From positions 5,096-29,095 of the forward strand of contig NZ_CDBL01000056.1 in the NCBI RefSeq assembly GCF_000820005.1: a DNA stretch of 24,000 nt, in the 5' to 3' direction. The notes below the pieces were generated by a model. The model was not told where the DNA came from and ran no database searches. It worked only from the letters and a program-made list of their open reading frames with translations. The stretch is from Aeromonas piscicola. Lineage in GTDB: Bacteria > Pseudomonadota > Gammaproteobacteria > Enterobacterales > Aeromonadaceae. Below, piece after piece: positions 1 through 7,179 of this stretch. How positions within the stretch are numbered: the first letter of the stretch is position 1; the number at the start of each line of letters is the position of its first letter. Made by a program: the position numbers and the translations under genes.

Positions 1-2
1 AA

Positions 3-719
3 GTGGTGTGGCAGGGGTGCCAGTCGCTGCAACAGACGCTGAACCAGACCGAGCTGCGCCTTTCCGAGGTGCGCGACAGCCTGCTCGGCGAGGTGCGGAT
101 CACGGCGCCCGTGGGGATGGCGGGCCAGCCGCTGGCGCGGGCCTTGTCGCCCCTGTTGCAGGCCCATCCCGGCCTGTGCATCCAGATCATCGCCGACGAC
201 GAGAAGCGGGATCTCATCGCCGAGCGCATCGACGTGGCGCTGCGGGTCGGTACCCTGTCCGACTCCAGCCTGGTGGCGCGCAAGCTGGGTCAGACCCGGA
301 TGCTGCTATGTGCCTCGCCCGCCTATCTGGCGCGCAAGGGCACCCCACGCAGTCCGGCAGATCTGCTGGAACACGACTGGCTGGCGGCGGACATGCTGAG
401 CGGGGGCCTGACCTTCTTCGACGACAAGGGGCAGGGTCACAAGGTCAAACCCAAACCCAGAGTGGTGTGCAACAACGTGCTGCCGCTGCGCCAGTTCACC
501 CTGGCGGGGCAGGGGGTCTCGCTGCAACCCGAGGGGGAAATCGCCGAAGATCTCGCCCAGGGTCGGCTGCTGGAGTTGCTGCCGGGATTTCGGGTGCCGC
601 CCATGGAGATCCATGCCATTACCCCGCAGCGGGAGATCCCGGAGAAGGTGCGGCGGGTGATCACGGCCCTGCGCAGCCACTTCGCCGAGCCCTCGGGGGC
701 CGTGCCGGCGCGCCCCTGA
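3..719 (+). CDS. LysR-family transcriptional regulator, C-terminal substrate-binding part (5' end lies outside the window)
   Basis: The frame is open from the window edge. The translation has the typical LysR effector-domain pattern (GEVRITAP..., IDVALRVG..., LARKLG..., LLCASPAYL). The N-terminal HTH is absent, so the gene is truncated by the window. Confidence 0.8.
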   Translation: MVWQGCQSLQQTLNQTELRLSEVRDSLLGEVRITAPVGMAGQPLARALSPLLQAHPGLCIQIIADDEKRDLIAERIDVALRVGTLSDSSLVARKLGQTRMLLCASPAYLARKGTPRSPADLLEHDWLAADMLSGGLTFFDDKGQGHKVKPKPRVVCNNVLPLRQFTLAGQGVSLQPEGEIAEDLAQGRLLELLPGFRVPPMEIHAITPQREIPEKVRRVITALRSHFAEPSGAVPARP

Positions 720-755
720 GCCGGGTGGCAACTGTCTCGTCCCGACTTGCAAACA

Positions 756-783
756 CAGAGGGCAGCCGGTTGGCTGCCCTCTG
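756..783. terminator. Bidirectional rho-independent terminator between the convergent LysR gene and phbB
   Basis: Perfect 12-bp stem CAGAGGGCAGCC (756-767) / GGCTGCCCTCTG (772-783) with loop GGTT. It is followed by TCGTTTG on the + strand and by TGTTTG on the - strand. Confidence 0.7.
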
Positions 784-804
784 TCGTTTGCCTTGATCCC
801 GGCG

Positions 805-1545
805 CTATTTCATGTAGAGGCCGCCGTTGATGGCCAGGGTTTCCCCCGTGATATAGGCGCCTGCTTCGCTCGCGAGGAAGGCCACGGCGGCGGCGATCTC
901 CTCCGGCTTGGCGAGGCGGCGCATGGGAATGTCGGCCTTGATGCTGTCGAGGATATCGCTGCGGATCGCCTCCACCATGGGGGTGGCTGTGTAACCGGGG
1001 GCGATGGCGTTGACCGTGACCCCGAAGCGGGCTCCCTCCGCCGCCAGCGCCTTGGTGAAGCCCAGCATGCCCGCCTTGGCCGCCGAGTAGTTGACCTGAC
1101 CGAACTGTCCCTTCTGGCCGTTGACCGAGGAGATGTTGATGATGCGGGCATCGCGCTGTTCGCACATGGCGTCGAACAGCGGCTGGGTCACGTTGTAGAG
1201 GCTGCACAGATTGGTGTGGATCACCTCGAACCACTGCTCCGGCGCCATGCGCTTGAAGGCGCCATCCCGGGTGATGCCGGCGTTGTTGACCAGTACGTCC
1301 ACCCGGCCCTCGTCTTGCAACAGGCGACCCAGGGTCTCGCGGCACATGGCGGTGTCGGCCACGTCCAGCGGCAGCAGCCGCACCTGATCCGGCCGATAGC
1401 CCTGCTCCCCGTACCAGTCGTGGGCCGCCGCACTGTTGCCGCTGGAGTGGGTGGCTATGATGCGATACCCCTGAGCCAGCAAGGCAGTGGTGATGGCGGA
1501 TCCGATGCCGCCACGGGCTCCGGTGATCAAGGCAATTTTTTTCAT
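805..1545 (-). CDS. phbB: Acetoacetyl-CoA reductase (PhaB/PhbB-type short-chain dehydrogenase; FabG-like)
   Basis: 246 aa. N-terminal TGARGGIG Rossmann motif and NNAGITRD. The block INISSVNGQKGQFGQVNYSAAKAG...VTVNAIAPGYTATPMV closely follows my recollection of Cupriavidus PhaB (VNISSVNGQKGQFGQTNYSTAKAG...VTVNTVSPGYIATDMV). It ends in NGGLYMK. Confidence 0.85.
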   Translation of the reverse strand: MKKIALITGARGGIGSAITTALLAQGYRIIATHSSGNSAAAHDWYGEQGYRPDQVRLLPLDVADTAMCRETLGRLLQDEGRVDVLVNNAGITRDGAFKRMAPEQWFEVIHTNLCSLYNVTQPLFDAMCEQRDARIINISSVNGQKGQFGQVNYSAAKAGMLGFTKALAAEGARFGVTVNAIAPGYTATPMVEAIRSDILDSIKADIPMRRLAKPEEIAAAVAFLASEAGAYITGETLAINGGLYMK

Positions 1546-1775
1546 CTTGGCTCTCCCTGAAAAAGATTCGAACGAGGACTTTATGGGCTTTCAAATCTAA
1601 TTGATATATTTGTTTTCAAACAATCTGACAGGGAAACGCGTCACTTTTGTGACAGTCTGACAACCTGGCTTGACGGTCTTGTTGAAGGCATAGATGAGAG
1701 TGCGGGGTTGAGCCACAAACGGGGCGTGCGCTGTTCGCCGGTGGCCGCAGACCACTTGCCGCCGGGGCAGCGGCC

Positions 1776-2747
1776 ATGTTTAATGTGGCCACTCGGGCGA
1801 GTGTGCCCTCTGCTGGCAGCGATCCCGACCACCCAATGACACCGACATTTCCCCTCGCATCTCCTGGCCCTGCGCCACAGGCTAGCGCCCATTTCACCCG
1901 CATCGAGCGGGTGCTCGACTACATCCACGGGCATCTGGATCAGCCATTGTCGCTGGAGCAGCTGGCCGAGCAGAGCTGCTGGTCGCGCTGGCAGTTGCAG
2001 CGGGTCTTCTTGCACGAGACAGGACTGACGGTGGCCCACTATGTGCGCGAGCTCAAGCTGAGCCTGGCGGCGGAGGCGCTGCTCACGAGCCGCCAGCGGG
2101 TGCTGGATCTGGCGCTGAACTACGGATTTGGTTCCGAGGTGAGTTTCAGCCGTGCCTTCAAGCAGCAGTTCGGCTGCTCGCCGCTGGCCTATCGCAGGCG
2201 GGGTATGCGGCTGGGATTGCGCACCCCGCTGGTGCGAGCGCCTATGCCGCTTGCCAATACTCCCCGACTGGTCCAGGTAAGGGTCGAGAGCCAGCCGGGT
2301 TTCATGCTGCAGGGGGTCAAGGGACTGATCCGCGGGCTCTTTGCCAGCTCGCCCGATTTTCAGCAGACGGTGCCCGCCATCTGGCGTGCCTTGCGCAGTG
2401 CCGGCGGCCTGGACAGGGCCCGCGATCTGATCGGCGTGGTGGATGTGTCAGGGGCGGGGGAGCAGCTGGCCTACTGGGCGGGCGTGGCGGCAGAGGAGGG
2501 GAGCGAGCCACCGAGCGGGCTGGCTCGTCTGGCCATTCCGCCTCAGGAGTACGCCGTGCTTACCCACATCGGTCCCATCAGCCAGCTGGGGCAGACCCTC
2601 AACTGGTTCATCCTGCACTGGCTGCCAACCTCGGGTTATCGGGGGCTGGATGGTTTCGAGCTGGAGCGTTACACCCCCGACTTCGATGGCCAACAGCCTT
2701 ATGCCCGCATGGAGTACTGGTTGCCCATCGCGCCCCACCAGGGCTGA
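1776..2747 (+). CDS. AraC-family transcriptional regulator with C-terminal GyrI-like (Rob/SbmC-type) effector-binding domain
   Basis: The N-terminal half has the AraC double-HTH pattern (LSLEQLAEQSCWSRWQLQRVF...YVRELKL...ALNYGFGSEVSFSRAFKQQFGCSP). The C-terminal ~150 aa ends in ...LERYTPDF...MEYWLPI, typical of GyrI-like domains. The start is uncertain (ATG 1776 or ATG 1833) and neither has a strong SD. Confidence 0.8.
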   Translation: MFNVATRASVPSAGSDPDHPMTPTFPLASPGPAPQASAHFTRIERVLDYIHGHLDQPLSLEQLAEQSCWSRWQLQRVFLHETGLTVAHYVRELKLSLAAEALLTSRQRVLDLALNYGFGSEVSFSRAFKQQFGCSPLAYRRRGMRLGLRTPLVRAPMPLANTPRLVQVRVESQPGFMLQGVKGLIRGLFASSPDFQQTVPAIWRALRSAGGLDRARDLIGVVDVSGAGEQLAYWAGVAAEEGSEPPSGLARLAIPPQEYAVLTHIGPISQLGQTLNWFILHWLPTSGYRGLDGFELERYTPDFDGQQPYARMEYWLPIAPHQG

Positions 2748-2990
2748 ACCCCGTGAGCCGTTTAGCGGCAGGGTGCCTATCCCTTGGCCTGCATCACGCA
2801 GGGGGACGTCCCGCCATTGACCGCCATTTCATCGCAGCCTTCCCTCAGAAAAGATAGCCATTTGAATTCAATGCTTTTTTCCATCGACATGACAGGTCGT
2901 CGAATGGGGCTTGTCTTATCCCTCTTTTGCCGTTTTTCCTGCCAACATGCCCCAAATTGTTAATTTAAGGGCAAATTGACCCAATAAAAT

Positions 2991-3010
2991 GCAAATGAGA
3001 TTTGTTACTA
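2991..3010. promoter_or_regulatory. Candidate Fur box upstream of the siderophore receptor (weak match)
   Basis: GCAAATGAGATTTGTTACT (2991-3009) matches 11/19 positions of GATAATGATAATCATTATC by hand alignment. The core TGAGATTtGTTACTA matches about 10/14 of the 7-1-7 form. It lies in an AT-rich island 26-45 nt upstream of ATG 3036. Confidence 0.3.
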
Positions 3011-3035
3011 TTCAATCATTGCATTCGAGGATCAG

Positions 3036-5180
3036 ATGTACGCCACTCACCCCCCTTTGACCCTGGTCGCCGCGACCCTCTCCGCCCTGTTGGCAAGCCC
3101 AGTGCCGGCCGCACCCACGTCCAATGCGCAAGGCGCGGTGGCCGATGAAACCCTGACGGTACTGGGTCAGACCTATCGCAACACGGCGACCAAGACCCGG
3201 CTCGACCCCATGGAGACGCCCCAGGCCATCTCTGTGGTGGACGGCGAGACCCTGGAGCAGCGCGGCGTCAGCTCGGTGAGCGAGGCGCTGCGCTACGTGC
3301 CCGGGGTCAATACCGAGCTGCGCGGCGGGGCGGTCAACCGGCTGGATCTGTTCAATATCCGTGGCTTTGACAACTACCAGAACTTCTACGACGGCCTCTT
3401 GTTGCAGTACAACGACTGGAACCTGCAACCCCAGATAGATCCGGTGGCCATCGAACAGCTGGAGGTGTTCAAGGGGCCGACCTCGGTGCTCTACGGCAGC
3501 ATGCCGCCGGGGGGCATGGTCAACCTGATCGCCAAGCGGCCGCAGCGGGAAGCCAGGCACAGCGTCGGCGTGGCGACGGGCACAGGCACCCTCAAGGAGC
3601 TGACCCTCGACAGCACGGGCGCCATCAACGATCAGTTTGCCTATCGACTGGTGGGACTGGCCCGTCAGAAGGAGGGCCAGGCGGTGACCTCAGAGGAGGA
3701 GCGCTATGTGTTCGCGCCGTCCCTCGACTGGCAGTTGAGTGATCGCACCCTGCTCAACCTGAATCTCTACTACCAGAAAGACCCGCAAGCGGGCATCTAT
3801 ACCACAGTGCCGGCCAGCGGTTCGGTCAAGTTCAATCCCCTGGGCCAGCTTGGCAGTGACAGCTTCCTCGGTGACGAGAACTGGAACCACTACAGCCGGG
3901 AGGTGACCCTGCTCGGCTACAAGCTGAGTCACGACTTCAACGCCGATTGGCAACTACTGCAAAACGCCCGCTACATGGACGCCTCGGCCAACCAGCAGAA
4001 CACCTACAATGCGGCGCTGGCAGGGGACCACCGCACTTTGGCCCGCAACGCCTATCTGACCGATGAAGACTCTCGCGGCTTTGTCATCGACAACCAGCTG
4101 GCGGGCAAGGTGCAGATCGGCTGCGCCCGGCACAACCTGCTGCTGGGGGTGGATTACCAGTATCTAGATGCGCGGGTGCTCTACCGGGATACGCTGGACT
4201 ATTCGGCGCCCGGCATCGACATCTTCAACCCGAACCACAGCCAGATAGTGCCGGCGGCCCTCACCTTCAACTATCAGGACAGCAAGACCATCCGCCAGTC
4301 CCAGACCGGCGTCTATCTGCAGGATCAGGTGCGTCTGGATCGGCTGGTGGCCATAGGCGGTGCCCGCTATGACAGCTACCGGATGGACACCGACAGCCAG
4401 ACCCTCTATCAGGGGGCGGCGAGCAACACCCTGGCCCAGATTGATCAGGACAACCTCTCCTTCCGTCTCGGCGCTCTCTATGAGCTGGATGGCGGCTTCT
4501 CCCCCTACGTGAGCTATGCCGAGAGCTTCGAGCCGGTGGCGGGGGCGGACAAGAGCGGCAAGGCGTTCAAACCGGCCACCGGCCATCAGTGGGAGGGGGG
4601 ACTCAAGTTTCTCGCCGAGGACATGAGCAAGACCTTTACCGCTTCGGTCTTCCACATCACCAAGCAAAATGCCCTGGTGACGGATCCGGACAACGTCTAC
4701 GGGCCCAAGCTGCAGACCGGCGAGATGGTCTCCAGGGGCGTCGAGCTGGAGGGGCGAGTCGATCTCACCAGCCGGCTGGATCTGGCGCTGAGCTATACCC
4801 GCCAGGATATGGAGATCACCCGAGATACCACCAGCCTGCAGGGCAAGACCCCGGTCTGGGTGCCCAAGCAGATGGCCTCCCTGTGGAGCAACTACCTGCC
4901 GGGTGGCCAGCTGGAGGGGATGCGGGTTGGCGCCGGCCTGCGTTACGTGGGGGAGGCCCAGCTCGATGCCGCCAACACCGATACTGTGCCGGATTACCTG
5001 CTGATGGACATGTCCGCCTCCTACGATCTGGCCCAACTCAGCCAGCGCCTGCAAGGGGTGGAGGCATCTTTGAGCGCCAGCAACCTGTTCAACAAGACCT
5101 ACTACTCCTGCTACGACCAGAACAACTGCTGGTTCGGGGCCGAGCGCAGCGTGGAGGCGCGACTCAAATACGTATTCTGA
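3036..5180 (+). CDS. TonB-dependent siderophore receptor (FhuA/FhuE-like outer-membrane transporter)
   Basis: 714 aa. GAGGA SD sits 4 nt upstream. There is a signal peptide, a TonB-box-like DETLTVLG, and plug-domain motifs (METPQAISVV, VSEALRYVPGV, IRGF). A long beta-barrel region ends in the typical ...RSVEARLKYVF aromatic terminus. Confidence 0.92.
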   Translation: MYATHPPLTLVAATLSALLASPVPAAPTSNAQGAVADETLTVLGQTYRNTATKTRLDPMETPQAISVVDGETLEQRGVSSVSEALRYVPGVNTELRGGAVNRLDLFNIRGFDNYQNFYDGLLLQYNDWNLQPQIDPVAIEQLEVFKGPTSVLYGSMPPGGMVNLIAKRPQREARHSVGVATGTGTLKELTLDSTGAINDQFAYRLVGLARQKEGQAVTSEEERYVFAPSLDWQLSDRTLLNLNLYYQKDPQAGIYTTVPASGSVKFNPLGQLGSDSFLGDENWNHYSREVTLLGYKLSHDFNADWQLLQNARYMDASANQQNTYNAALAGDHRTLARNAYLTDEDSRGFVIDNQLAGKVQIGCARHNLLLGVDYQYLDARVLYRDTLDYSAPGIDIFNPNHSQIVPAALTFNYQDSKTIRQSQTGVYLQDQVRLDRLVAIGGARYDSYRMDTDSQTLYQGAASNTLAQIDQDNLSFRLGALYELDGGFSPYVSYAESFEPVAGADKSGKAFKPATGHQWEGGLKFLAEDMSKTFTASVFHITKQNALVTDPDNVYGPKLQTGEMVSRGVELEGRVDLTSRLDLALSYTRQDMEITRDTTSLQGKTPVWVPKQMASLWSNYLPGGQLEGMRVGAGLRYVGEAQLDAANTDTVPDYLLMDMSASYDLAQLSQRLQGVEASLSASNLFNKTYYSCYDQNNCWFGAERSVEARLKYVF

Positions 5181-5186
5181 CCCTGC

Positions 5187-5207
5187 GCCCCGGGCCGCGT
5201 CCGGGGC
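5187..5207 (+). terminator. GC-rich hairpin after the receptor gene (possible partial terminator/attenuator before fhuF)
   Basis: GCCCCGG (5187-5193) / CCGGGGC (5201-5207) with a 7-nt loop. The downstream tract ATGCTCATCTTCT is only moderately T-rich, so there is no classic U-run. Confidence 0.3.
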
Positions 5208-5275
5208 ATGCTCATCTTCTAGCCGCCGCAGATGATCGTCCGCGCGCCTTGCCCCGCGGGCTCGGCGCGCTGGCT

Positions 5276-6040
5276 GTGCACACGGAGATACGTGCGCTGA
5301 CGGATCATGGCGCCCTGTTTGCGGCAGCCAGCGGGCTTATTCCTTCGCTCAAGGGGCGGTTGGCGGAGGCGGGGGACTCGCCCCTTTTGCTGGCAGCTTC
5401 CCCTCATTCAACCCCGGCCGAGGTAGCGGCGGCGCTGCATGACCACTGGCGGCTGGCGCACCCGGAGGCGGGGCCCGCCTACTGGCTGACCCGCAGCTGG
5501 GGCATGCTCTGCTGGCAGTCCCTTTATCTCGCCATGGTGGCCGTCTATCGACTGGGGGCCGTGCCTGCGCTGGACAAGCTGGGGCAGGGTTATCAGGATG
5601 GGCTGGTATCGGGCTTCATCCTGCCGGCCGAGCCCATGATCAAGGGGGATCTGGATGCCTTGATCAAGGCCGCGGGCGAGCGGCTGCAGGCCCACTGGCA
5701 GGCGCTGTTCGCACTGCTGGGTGGCGTGCAGCGGCTCAGACCCGGTTTCGTGCGCCCGCTCTTGGCGGACGATCTGCTGGCGGCCCTGGTGCGGGTACCC
5801 GACTTCTTCACCCATGTGAGCCGTGAACAGGTGAGCGAGCACGCGCCGCGCTGGCTCGCCGCCTGCGGTCTGCCGGCCGAGCATCTGGCGGGGTGGCGTC
5901 CGGCATCGATACCGGCCGATACGCAGTCCCCCGGTTATGTGCGCCAGCGTTGCTGCCTGCACTACAAGCGCCGCGATGGGGAGCTTTGCGCCAACTGCCC
6001 GAGGCGGCAGGGGGCTGCAAGTTGCGGCGAGGGATCTTGA
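5276..6040 (+). CDS. fhuF: Siderophore-iron (ferric hydroxamate) reductase FhuF, 2Fe-2S type; start codon uncertain (GTG 5276 or TTG 5249)
   Basis: This is the 3' part of the 483-aa track ORF 4589..6040, after the receptor stop. The C-terminus CCLHYKRRDGELCANC is exactly the FhuF C-C-x10-C-x2-C cluster motif. The upstream hydrophobic segment AYWLTRSWGMLCWQSLYLAMV parallels the E. coli FhuF ISLWAQWYIGLMV region. There is no in-frame ATG between the receptor stop and that segment. Confidence 0.8.
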   Translation: MHTEIRALTDHGALFAAASGLIPSLKGRLAEAGDSPLLLAASPHSTPAEVAAALHDHWRLAHPEAGPAYWLTRSWGMLCWQSLYLAMVAVYRLGAVPALDKLGQGYQDGLVSGFILPAEPMIKGDLDALIKAAGERLQAHWQALFALLGGVQRLRPGFVRPLLADDLLAALVRVPDFFTHVSREQVSEHAPRWLAACGLPAEHLAGWRPASIPADTQSPGYVRQRCCLHYKRRDGELCANCPRRQGAASCGEGS

Positions 6041-6078
6041 GGCGCTTGAGCGCCGGTGTGTCGAGAGGCGTGAGCGCG

Positions 6079-6099
6079 GCCCCCAGGGGCGGCTTTTTT
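6079..6099 (+). terminator. Probable terminator of fhuF (short GC stem plus T6)
   Basis: GCCC-CCAG-GGGC stem-loop (about 6079-6090) followed by GGC TTTTTT (6094-6099). The stem is short and the T-run overlaps the last codons of convergent metR. Confidence 0.35.
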
Positions 6100-7018
6100 A
6101 CGCCTCTTTCTGCTCACCCATCTTGCTGCGAATACGTTCGAACAGGCTCTGCAGGCAGGGCTGGTCCTTGTCGGCGGCGCGTACTGCTCCATACATATGG
6201 CGGCGGATGCCCTGTCCCAGCGGCCTGGCTTCGAGCAAGCCCTGACGTACAAACTCCTCGCTGGCCCAGCGCGGCAGGGCGGCGACCCCGAGCCCGGCGG
6301 CGGCCATCTGCAGCATGACAGAGGTATTGTCCACCAGCTTGCAGCGGGCGGGCTCGACCCCGGCGGGTTGCAAAAAGCGGCTGAACACATCCATGCGGGC
6401 CCGCTCCACCGGGTAGACCAGCAGCACCTCCTGCTTGAGATCCTCCGGGGTGATCCGGCCCTGGTGGCATAGAGGGTGATCCGGCGCCATCACCAGAGTG
6501 AGATCGAAGGCGAACAGCGGCTCGAAGTGCAGATCGCCGCGCGCCTGTACGTCCGAGGTGAGCAGCAGGTCGAGCTGGCCGCCGAGCAGGGCATTGATGG
6601 CATCGAAGCCGGGCACCGACTCCACCTCCAGATCCACACCGGGCCACTGGCGGCGAAAATCGGGCAAGAGCGGCAGCAACCACTGGATGCAGCTGTGGCA
6701 ATCCAGCGCCAGATGCAGCCGGCCCGCGTCGCCGCTGTGCAGGGCCTGCAGCTGTTTCTCGGTCTGGGCCAGGGCGGGGAGCACCTGGCGGGCCAGGCTC
6801 AGCAACTGCTGGCCCGCCGCCGTCAGCACCAGTGGGCGGCTCTTGCGCAGGTAGAGCTCCAGGTTGAGGCGGGTCTCCAGCTCTTTGAGCTGATGGGAGA
6901 GGGCCGACTGGGTAAGGTTGAGGGTCAGCGCGGCGCCGGCCAGCGAACCCTGCTCGGCCAGCGCGGTCAGGGTTCTCAAGTGCTTGATTTCCAGGCCTGA
7001 ATTGCTTGGCACTGCCAT
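6098..7018 (-). CDS. metR: MetR, LysR-type activator of methionine synthase genes
   Basis: 306 aa from ATG 7018, with AAGGAG 7 nt upstream. It is collinear with E. coli MetR as I recall it (LEIKHLRTL..., QSALSHQ, CHSCIQWL, MAPDHPL, RITPEDL, YPV.R.R.DV...FLQPAGV, VDNT). It is divergent from metE. The 355-aa track ORF over-extends into the intergenic region. Confidence 0.93.
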   Translation of the reverse strand: MAVPSNSGLEIKHLRTLTALAEQGSLAGAALTLNLTQSALSHQLKELETRLNLELYLRKSRPLVLTAAGQQLLSLARQVLPALAQTEKQLQALHSGDAGRLHLALDCHSCIQWLLPLLPDFRRQWPGVDLEVESVPGFDAINALLGGQLDLLLTSDVQARGDLHFEPLFAFDLTLVMAPDHPLCHQGRITPEDLKQEVLLVYPVERARMDVFSRFLQPAGVEPARCKLVDNTSVMLQMAAAGLGVAALPRWASEEFVRQGLLEARPLGQGIRRHMYGAVRAADKDQPCLQSLFERIRSKMGEQKEA

Positions 7019-7064
7019 AACATGGCTCCTTGTTGCATCAATCGCGGATTTCTTGAGAGGCTGT

Positions 7065-7077
7065 TGAAAAGGATTCA
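7065..7077. promoter_or_regulatory. MetR-binding-site consensus TGAA-N5-TTCA in the metR-metE intergenic region
   Basis: TGAAAAGGATTCA at 7065-7077 matches both arms of the MetR recognition motif (TGAANNNNNTTCA) described in E. coli and Salmonella. It sits between the divergent starts 7018 and 7180. Confidence 0.55.
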
Positions 7078-7107
7078 ATAGCCAACGCCACCTTATCTTG
7101 TCATTTT

Positions 7108-7142
7108 GGATGTGTAAACATCTGGATGGCCAAATCATCCAG
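7108..7142. promoter_or_regulatory. Candidate operator region: degenerate tandem met-box-like octamers plus a perfect 7-bp inverted repeat
   Basis: On the - strand, AGATGTTT and ACACATCC (7108-7123) match the met-box AGACGTCT at 6/8 and 5/8. CTGGATG (7122-7128) N7 CATCCAG (7136-7142) is a perfect inverted repeat about 40 nt upstream of the metE ATG. Confidence 0.3.
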
Positions 7143-7179
7143 TTTCCCATCAGATGAATGAGCATAAGGAATTGGACCT

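Noticed and set aside
437-1594. 385-aa - strand ORF, plus 793..1560 (+) and other ORFs overlapping phbB and the LysR gene
   Set aside because: These are alternate frames of well-supported genes. Their translations are Arg/Gly/Pro-rich and show no motifs.
2803-2812. Perfect 10-bp palindrome GGGACGTCCC after the AraC-type gene (contains a met-box-like GACGTC core)
   Set aside because: It is a single copy with no loop for a hairpin, and it is not near any methionine gene promoter. I treat it as chance.
2889-2963. 24-codon ORF (MTGRRMGLVLSLFCRFSCQHAPNC*) upstream of the receptor gene
   Set aside because: It has no SD and no recognisable family, and it lies in promoter-like DNA. It is probably fortuitous.
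2748-3035. Possible cobalamin riboswitch or other leader RNA upstream of the TonB-dependent receptor
   Set aside because: I could not find a B12-box-like element or the conserved riboswitch core. The receptor looks siderophore-type (adjacent fhuF), not BtuB-type.
4589-5275. 5' two-thirds of the 483-aa ORF 4589..6040 overlapping the TonB-dependent receptor
   Set aside because: This part is an alternate frame of the receptor gene (Arg/Gly/Pro-rich). Only the portion after the receptor stop (fhuF, from about 5276) is credible coding sequence.
7019-7165. N-terminal extension of the metR ORF (355 aa in the track)
   Set aside because: The extension runs through the AT-rich metR-metE control region, has no SD, and adds 49 residues absent from MetR. 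ATG 7018 has AAGGAG at proper spacing.
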